DNA of 64,000 bases, from contig CT868230.1 of NCBI GenBank assembly GCA_000165425.1, positions 124,001 to 188,000 of the forward strand. The letters are read 5' to 3'. Below are positions 55,090 to 64,000 of this stretch, in pieces. Position 1 is the first letter of the stretch; each line of letters starts with the position of its first letter. Under the pieces are notes generated by a model, which saw only the letters and a list, made by a program, of their open reading frames with translations, did not search any database and was not told where the DNA came from. The position numbers and the translations under genes were made by a program. This DNA is from Paramecium tetraurelia (lineage: Eukaryota).

Positions 55090-58000
55090 AATACAATAGA
55101 ATAAATATTAAGTTATATTAACAAAATTTATTTCATAAAAAAAGAGAGGTAGGGGGTTATTTTTCCTTTTCTTTTTATTGAATCCACTTTTAAATTTGTT
55201 TATGTAATTTAATTTTGATTTGATGCACATATTTTATTAATGGCGCTAATATACCAAAAGATAGAAGACCTATCTACCCAAATCCAATCACAATTTGGGA
55301 TTCATAGCTTAAGAAATTTGCATAAGATTGTTCATAAGCAATATTAAGCAAAGTAAACAATATAACTGGCACTTCAAACATAAGAATCAAAATTAAATCA
55401 ATGTTTTCAGAGACAATTTATCCAAGGATAATAATTGTTATGTAGAAAGTATTTATCAATGACAGCAAAACAGACTGTGTTAAGGAACTTTTTTGAAATC
55501 CAATTAAAACTAAAAGAAAAAAAAACTTTTTAGCAACTATCAATCCTTCATGGAGAATACTTTTTCTTTTCTTTAATCCCATTTAAGAATCCTTTATTGA
55601 AAAAATAGAAGAGAGCAATACTAAAATGCAAATTAAAAAAGAGCATGCAAGTATATTTTAGAATTAATTTCTAAAAGTGTTTTCCTTTTAAGAGTAGAGA
55701 TACAACAAAGTCTTAAAAATTAGATCCCAACTATTGGCTTAGATAATATACACAATTCCATTTAAAGATATTAGTTAATTTATTCGAATACTTAATTGAT
55801 TAAGTTTATGTATTATTAAGGCTATCTATTTGGTAAATTACAATTTATTGCTGTTGTAAATGAAAATCCTGAATTGATTATAGCACTTTTTAATGAAGAT
55901 CCAGAAATATATTTTGGATGCTATAAGCAATAATACTACTATCACTATTTAGGCAATCAATCCTGATAAATTACTGATTAATTCTGCATTGACATCATAA
56001 AATAGAAATTTTTCAAATGCTTAGATTTTCTCCTATCCAATCACAACATTAAATAAATCAAGAAATTATAGCTTTTCCAAAACTGGAACTATTGTTACTA
56101 CTTCAGAAGATTCAAAATAAATCATGACGTTTTCTGGGTAATTGGAATTTATATATTTTAGATTAGATTAATACTATAAGGTATCCAAAACTTCAAAGCA
56201 TTCAACAGGATTTCCAGACAATAAAATAATAAAGCTAGATACACCAAGCCCAATGAGCATATACATATTTAATGAGCTCATTTTATGAGATACTGTTCTT
56301 TCTATCTCGCTTAATACTATCGGATTTCTTAAATGTAATTTACAATATTAATTTTCAACTGAAAACCCATATTAATCTATAAGTTCTGTGTCGAATGAAA
56401 CTTAAAAGTAAATTTCCATAGTTTCTTATTTTAAAAATTTAATCTAAAACAAATAATTTATATCCTATACTGATATGACATTTGGCTCCACTAAAACATA
56501 CTCATAAATAATATAATGTGTGGGATCTATATCAATTAAAGAGAGTTGTAAACTTTAGGTTAAGTTTGAATAGGAATCTAGTAATTTGACTTAACTTGTA
56601 ATCTACATTTATATAAAGAAAGATTCATATGTTTGATTAATCAATAATAAGTTGAAATGAGGAGGCTTCATTAAAAGACATATGCTAGTTTCAAGATCTA
56701 TTTGTGAGCATGTCCAATTAATTTCAATTTTGCATTCATCAGAACATCCATCTTAAGAAATTAAATTTTTATCATCACATTCTTCTTTTTCTGATTTAAT
56801 ACCATTTCCACAAATGTCAAGACAAATATTATTAATTATTTCATATCCATCATCACATTTTATACATTATCCATCCATACAATCCAAACAATTAAAAGAA
56901 CAAGAGTATTTACATTAATAACATCCATCAAATGGAATTTCATTAGCATCATCGCATTATTCATCAGATGCAATAATTAAATCTCCACAAATTGAATGAC
57001 ATTAATCATCAATTAATTAATATCCATTTTAACATTAGTTCTCTCTAAGATCTAGACATTAGTATTGATCACATGTTTAACAATTTTATTTACATGAGAA
57101 TTAGCATTAATAACAACCATCAAATTCAATATCATTTCCATCATCGCATTATTCAAATCCTTCAATAGTGATTCCATCTCCACAAATAGGAACACAAATA
57201 TTATTCTATATTTCAAAATACTTCTAACATAATATACAATCTAAATTATGATTACAAAATAGGCAATTTTGTGTACATTCAAATTTACATTGAAAGCATC
57301 CATCATTACTTTTATTATTTTAGTCATCACACTATTCATCCGAGAGCAATGCAATTTTACCATCTCCACATTCAGAGACACATTTAAAATTAATTAAATC
57401 CCATCCTTCAATACATTCAAAACATTGAGAATAATAACATTCTAAACATTCTAATTGACAACTGCTATTGCATTAATAACATCCATCAAATTATTCTAAA
57501 TTAAGATCATCGCATTATTCATATTCTTAAATAATTCCATTACCACATTTGGGAATACAATAATTATTATTAGATAGATCATACTCATCTTAGCAAATCT
57601 AACATTAATTTAAAAAACCAATTTTGCAGTTCCGAGGTATTTCAAAAGGGCACATATCATATAAATAACCGAAAATTCCATAACTATTAATTTTACATAA
57701 ATCACTATCATATTAAAACTAAATATCAGTATTTAATCTAACATGTTGTAAATAAGGATTAATTAAAAAATTGGAAATTTAACAATAGTGACCTTCATTA
57801 TTGTTGTCTTAATATTGACTTAATTTTTCATCCTCTACACAAGTAAATTAGCATTTATTATCAATTAATTGATATGAATAGTTGCAAATCAAACATTTTC
57901 CATATTAGCAAACCATGCAATTTAAAGGACAAGAAAACTAACATTCATAACATCCATCATAAGGTTGCTAATTACCATCATCGCACTACTCAGAAGATAC

Positions 58001-59340
58001 AACTATTTAGTCTCCACATTTTGGGACACATTATCCTGAAATTGTATTTAATACCCAAGGAGATAAACATTAAATGCAAAGGCCCTTTACACAATTATTG
58101 CAACCTTCATTGCAATCGTAAATATAAGAAAAACACCCATCAAATGCATATATATTGTTGTCACTGCAAATGATGCTACCATCTAATACTTATTTTTTCT
58201 CTGCATCCGTAAATACTTCAAAATCTCTAATACCAAACAAGGGAGTTGAACTAGACACAGTGCTAAATGCTGAAATTTCTAAAGTAATAGTCAAAATTGA
58301 AGCACTGCTTGCAAATTCTCCTAAATCAATTTTATCTAATTTTAAATATGAACCACAAATGATATTAGTAGTAGTAATGATATTCAGAGGATATGCGAAG
58401 TTTGTAAGTTATACCCCATTACCTTCTACTCTTATAGTGATACCTCCAGTTACATATGTGCACAAAAATTTAAATTAAATTCTATACTTTGTGTGTGGAT
58501 CAGGTAAATTTAAATCAATTGAAATCTTTTCACTCATTTAAAAAGGCCCATAAAATTGAAAACCTAGATATATCTTGAATTTACTTCCACATTCGGCAGT
58601 TCCATCATAGAGAAAATAATCTCTTTCCCATCCTTATCCCCCAGTAACAAGAATTTAATTAAAAAATGCCAGCACTCTGTTCCAATTTAAACAGTTTCCG
58701 GTAATATCACAGTAATCACATCCCTTAGGACATTTCTACACATATAAGATGAAATCAGAAATTCCCCAATACGAACCTGTTTACTGAGAAATTAATGTTG
58801 CAATTGCACTGTTTCCATTATGGGCAATCTCTTTACTAATTTAATAAACCTATCCTTGAGTCCCAACACCGCAAATTTAAGTGCCTGTCGAAGTGTTTGG
58901 ATTGTCATCATGTGATTTGGAGCCATCGATGTAAAATATGTAAGGTGAACCAAACCAAGAAGTCAATCTAAATATAATTATTATAGGTACCTCCAGAATT
59001 TGAATTCGAGCTTCAATTTATAGTGAGGAGGAAGAATAAAGGTCTTTGTGATTGTTGTGTAGTAAGTAAAGACAGAAAGTCCACCAAAAATATATGAACT
59101 TCCACAATCTGTTATATAAGGTGAGGATTCAGCCAAATAAGTTTTCCAATCTAATATATTATCAAGAAATTTACTATCATCTGAACTAATAGGAGAGAAA
59201 AAGGACCTGCTGATTTCAGTTTAAGCCATTGTTAATTGAAATATTTGATTTTGTAAAATCAGACCAATAAATATCTAAAAGTTAAGGAAGCCTGGGGGTG
59301 TTCGCTTCTTGTTGAATGTCAACAGTATAAACAAAATCAT
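55090..59340 (-). CDS. Large Cys-rich membrane protein with six Myxococcus Cys-rich (DUF4215-like) repeats and multi-TM C-terminus
   Basis: CG(D/N)xI...EQCDDxN....DGC repeats at ~58010, 57550, 57370, 57185, 56990, 56810; hydrophobic N-terminus; TM-rich tail; stop position approximate. Confidence 0.8.
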
Positions 59341-60038
59341 CTTATTATTATTTTATTAATAACAAAAGATGCATTCAAAGAAATCAGAAATTTAAATGTA
59401 TCTGGTTACAAAGTATCTTATATTAATATTTATATATGAGAAACATTTATATAATAGTTAATAAATTGCGTAATCATATTTCAAAAACTTCTTATTTCAA
59501 ATTGCATAAGCCCTATAATAAAAAGAGTCAAGTTAAGAATGCTTGCAAAATTGTACTTCTGAGATTTCATTAATTCATTTTGATGTTATTATAATTATCA
59601 TATTCAATTAATACTTAAATAATGATTGCCACTTGTCTAGATTCTCAATGTAATAGCAAATTTCATTTTTATAAATAAATTCTAATTAGAAATTAGTTAA
59701 AAATGAAATATAAAACATTTTAATTTAATTGACACTAATTATTAAATTCGTATATCGCTAAGACAATACTAATAGCTATTCAATTCTAAACGCTTTTAAT
59801 CTATTAGAAGTAATTATTACTTATTTTTCATCATCTGATTGAATAGTGATAAAAAATATTGATTATTAATTTTGCTTTTTGTGAGATAAATTCCGATATT
59901 TTCGATATTCAAACGCTAAATATAATATCTTTTTTTTAATTGAAAGAAAAGCCAATCTAAAATATAGATATTCATATTCTGATATAAGAAGGAGAGGTAA
60001 CAATAGTAACTTTGATTCCTTCATATCAATATTTCTAC

Positions 60039-60437
60039 CAAAATATTAAATATTAGCTAGTAGATAATATTTAATGGAGATTATAATAATGGTAGTAAAA
60101 AGGGAAAATGGGAAACTGTGTTTAAAAAATAAATTATGTAGATTTTTGATTTATCCAAAAGTAGTGGGGGATTTTATGATGATAATGGTATGAGAGATGG
60201 GTTCTGGATTGACTTATGCTAAATTTCACTAAGTAATATTAATATAATTTATGTAGTGTTCGATAAGTTACTTTTGCAGGGAAGTACAATCATGGAAAAA
60301 GAATTGGAAAATGGGATTTGATTTTCAAAGATAACATTATGTAATACATTCATATAATTTAGTGGAGGTGGTGAATATTTAGAATTTGATACTAAATAGG
60401 GTGACTGAATAGAATTGGAAAGTTCTTTTTAAGATTA
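60039..60437 (+). pseudogene. Isolated duplicate of ~4 exons of MORN-like gene A (45957-46356)
   Basis: Near-identical sequence including introns; TGG->TGA at 60406-60408. Confidence 0.85.
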
Positions 60438-60849
60438 CATCCAGGTTCTATTAGTATTTACCTTAACATACAAACATGTAATCATTGATGTTGCACACTC
60501 TATACCCTAAAGTAGTTACTGAGATTATTTAAATTATTTCCATTCAAAATCATGAAATTATTAAATTATAAGAATNNNNNNNNNNNNNNNNNNNNNNNNN
60601 NNNNNNNNNNNNNNNNNNNNNNNNNNNNNNNNNNNNNNNNNNNNNNNNNNNNNNNNNNNNNNNNNNNNNNNNNNNNNNNNNNNNNNNNNNNNNNNNNNNN
60701 NNNNNNNNNNNNNNNNNNNNNNNNNNNNNNNNNNNNNNNNNNNNNNNNNNNNNNNNNNNNNNNNNNNNNNNNNNNNNNNNNNNNNNNTCCATACGTGTGT
60801 TTGTCGGTGGTAGCCAGATTAATATTATTTGATTGTGCAACTAACTATT

Positions 60850-61477
60850 TGAGAGTACTTCCATAGTCCATCCTATATCATCCAGAATTTAATTAATTTA
60901 TCATTATGATTTCTATTTAACATCCAATATGTTTTTATCATCAGCTTAGTATAAACTAATTCCATGAGAATCTCCAAGTGTTAGGAATTACTATAAATTT
61001 TTCATAAAAAAATAGGCAACATACTGGAGTTTTTATTATGTCGTAATTCTTGAATGAGATTAATTTATTCTTTATTAAATTCAAATAACTTGATAAAACC
61101 TGAATTATATCCCCCTACTATAATTAAAGATTTCTTGTTGAATGAAAATGCATAAGCTTCTTAATTATTGAAAATTAGCTGTGTCTAATGCTTCCGTCAA
61201 ATATGGCATTTTTATTCCAATAGCCTTAGTATTGATGGTTGTTATTCTTAAAAATTGATTATCTAAAATTAAGATTTTTTTATCCATTAACTTAATATTT
61301 CTTGTCTGACTTTGCGCTTGGATTCTAGCTCTTATTTGAATTATTGGTAATTTTGTTGATAAGTTCAATATGATTGCTTAAAGCATTTATTTTTATTCCA
61401 GCCATATCTGATTATTTACTTAAGAGATCAATTATTTCTAAATAGTCAGCATCATCATAAATCTTATTATTATCCAT
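60850..61477 (-). CDS. Hypothetical protein or pseudogene next to a gap
   Basis: Code-6 frame MDNNKIYDDADYLEII... of ~130 aa, followed by broken frames. Confidence 0.3.
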
Positions 61478-62408
61478 AGATTCAATTAAATTTAATAAAT
61501 TTTAAAACCTTTAAATCAAATGAATAAAATTATTCAGAATTTTATTTAAAACAACAGTAGATAAGCATAATAATTTTGTTTTTTGAATAAGAAAATAATT
61601 TAGAGTTCAGTGGAAATGTAATGATCAAAGAAAATTAATATATTAGACTATACTGCCTTTCATGATAAACAGAAGAATTTCTTTAAAAAATATATCCTAA
61701 GTTAAAAAATAATTATGTTATTAATTAAATAATATCACAAATCCCTTTATTTTTGAATCATAATAAAATATTTAGAAATATATGGACTGGGCTATAACAA
61801 AAGCATTATCCATCATGAATTTGAAAATCTGGGTTTAGGGGTTGGGGTGAAATCTTTATAATAAAAGTAAAATTTCCCCATAAATTTGATTTATATTTTA
61901 CAGACAATAATTATGATAGATTGTTCCTCCAGAAATGCAATTCAATGAAAAATAGGAATAACAGGAATAACAGAGATTGTGTTTTATTAGATTTTTACTA
62001 AATGATTTTGGGACTCAAATATATTGGNNNNNNNNNNNNNNNNNNNNNNNNNNNNNNNNNNNNNNNNNNNNNNNNNNNNNNNNNNNNNNNNNNNNNNNNN
62101 NNNNNNNNNNNNNNNNNNNNNNNNNNNNNNNNNNNNNNNNNNNNNNNNNNNNNNNNNNNNNNNNNNNNNNNNNNNNNAATATATTGGAACAAATAAAGCA
62201 AGACTATTTTTGTCATCACATAATACATTTATTTTGATTGTGAAGAAACTTATATAATAATATGAACTTTTACTTTAAATATAAAATTTCATTATCAATT
62301 AAACATAAATTTATGAAGATTTCTTAAATTCACTAATACGGCTATATCTTGAAATTAATATTAAAGTAAAATATTTTATACTGATTATTTTGAATATTTT
62401 ATCATTAC

Positions 62409-64000
62409 TCAATCAGATTGGATATTTTTTTGAACTTCTGCTTCATCATTTGATTCAACTTATTCATCGATTAAGATTTCATCTAAAATTTTTAAAGAAT
62501 TAGACCTATGAGTTTTTAAATTTTTATGTTCTCTGGGGATATATCAAGTACTGAGTGTAAGAGATCAATGGCTTCTTAATATTTTTTCAAATGAGATAGG
62601 GTAATGGCTATAAAATTATATTTTTATAACCTTTAAAGGATGCAATCCAAAAATTATACGGATCCCTAGATAAAGCTGCACTAAAAGTTAGTAAAGCTTC
62701 ATCATATTTTTTCTCATTCATTAAAATAAAGCCTTTAATCCAAAATAGAAATATCAATTGTGGAAATCTTATCAACAAATAGTCCATGTATTTAATTTGT
62801 TAGTCGGAATCTAATTAAGCTAAGTCCTAAGTAAGAGTGTTTTGATACTTAGAATCTTTCAAATGTTATACGAATGTTATCAGGATTAAATACTAATATT
62901 GATTCTAATAGCTCTAGAGATTAATCATTTTTGTTTTCATTTTTTAAAAACCTCACTAAAAATAAGCTCAAATACACCTTTTAAATGTTTAATCATCCAT
63001 GATGTTGGGTCGATTTCTATAAGCTTCTCTTAAATCTTTTATGCTTCTTCAATATTGTTATCCTTTATTAAAGATATTCCTTAAAAATAAATGGATTTAA
63101 TGCCTTTTAAGTACAATGCAAAAATATTCTATGGAAATTATTATATCATTTATTCAACTTCATTAGTGTCTTAGTGGAAATCACAGAACTCTCTTATAGT
63201 AAAAGTTGATATTGATGTATTCAACAAAAAGATGTCAAATTTTTGAGGAGAATTTTCTAAAATTTAATCAAGGATCTATTTAGCTTCTTCAGGATGTAAG
63301 GTTAGAAGTAACAAATTGCCTAAATTATAATATATTATACTTTTAGCTAGCAGAGTATAATTATTATCGGAATTAATTTTGACTACTTCTTCGAAACACT
63401 CTTTAGCTTCTGTAAAATTCCACAATTATAGTAAACAATAACCTGATAAAAGTTTTACAAATTACCCTTATAATAAATTGATGCAAAATCAGATTTATCC
63501 AAAAGTATGGCTTTATTATATACCTTAATTGCTGTATTAAATTAATGCAAATATCATAAACATTCTCCTAAAAATTAAATTGTTTTTAACCTTGTTTGAT
63601 ATATGCTTGAGCATTGTTGTTATTTATGAATTAAACTTTTTAATAACACTCTGATGCTTATTTAAATTATTGAATAGCTCTTAAACACTCGCCTGAAATT
63701 TAATTAGAATTTTACCTTTTCCGAATAAAGCTTATTCATTTTCTACATTCATATTTAAACATTCATCGTAGTATTCAATTGCCTTTCTGTATTATTATTA
63801 TTCAAATAAATAGCTACCTATTTTGTTATTCATTAACTCTTACCAATTTTTACTAAGATCTCTTCATCTTTCTAAATGAATAAGTTTAACTAAAAATTTT
63901 GATATGTATCTTCAATGGTTTTTCTTAATTTGTAAAGTGTTTGATCAATTGATTATTACATTGTTGATTTTACTCTTTCAAATAAGAATAAGTTTGCTAT
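62409..64000 (-). CDS. TPR-repeat protein (5' end beyond window) built from 102-bp exons
   Basis: KAIEYYDECLN...ALFGKG / ECLRAIQ, AYIKQG / ECL, YYKG / YCLL: 34-aa TPRs with an intron inside the conserved Gly codon. Confidence 0.85.

Overview
Eukaryotic, very AT-rich ciliate DNA, most likely a Paramecium macronuclear scaffold. Genes only read through if TAA/TAG = Gln and TGA is the sole stop (code 6). Introns are tiny (~19-33 nt GT..AG) and intergenic spacers are very short, so the supplied standard-code ORF track shows only fragments. All gene models here were translated by hand and boundaries are approximate. Region ~1-40.5 kb is gene-dense: IF1-like, two cNMP-binding proteins, synaptojanin-like Sac1/5-phosphatase, divergent kinase, SK-type K+ channel, CAMK-like kinase, KATNIP-like, SR splicing factor, Tom22-like, intron-containing tRNA-Tyr, two NEK kinases, RING-H2, Rab, coiled-coil proteins, an NIFN-repeat Nup98, enkurin and LC8. 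Region ~40.5-64 kb is an accessory zone with gaps, pseudogenes and duplications: an AIG1-like GTPase, a family of MORN-like repeat genes, an Hsp70 relic, a Cys-rich membrane protein and a TPR gene. The most striking signal is that the MORN-like genes (72-bp plus 84-105-bp exons, phase-2 introns) and the TPR gene (102-bp exons, phase-1 introns) are built from symmetric, repeat-sized exon cassettes, suggesting a modular exon-shuffling system. Also notable are a micronuclear-type Nup98 and a synaptojanin whose 5-phosphatase looks catalytically dead.
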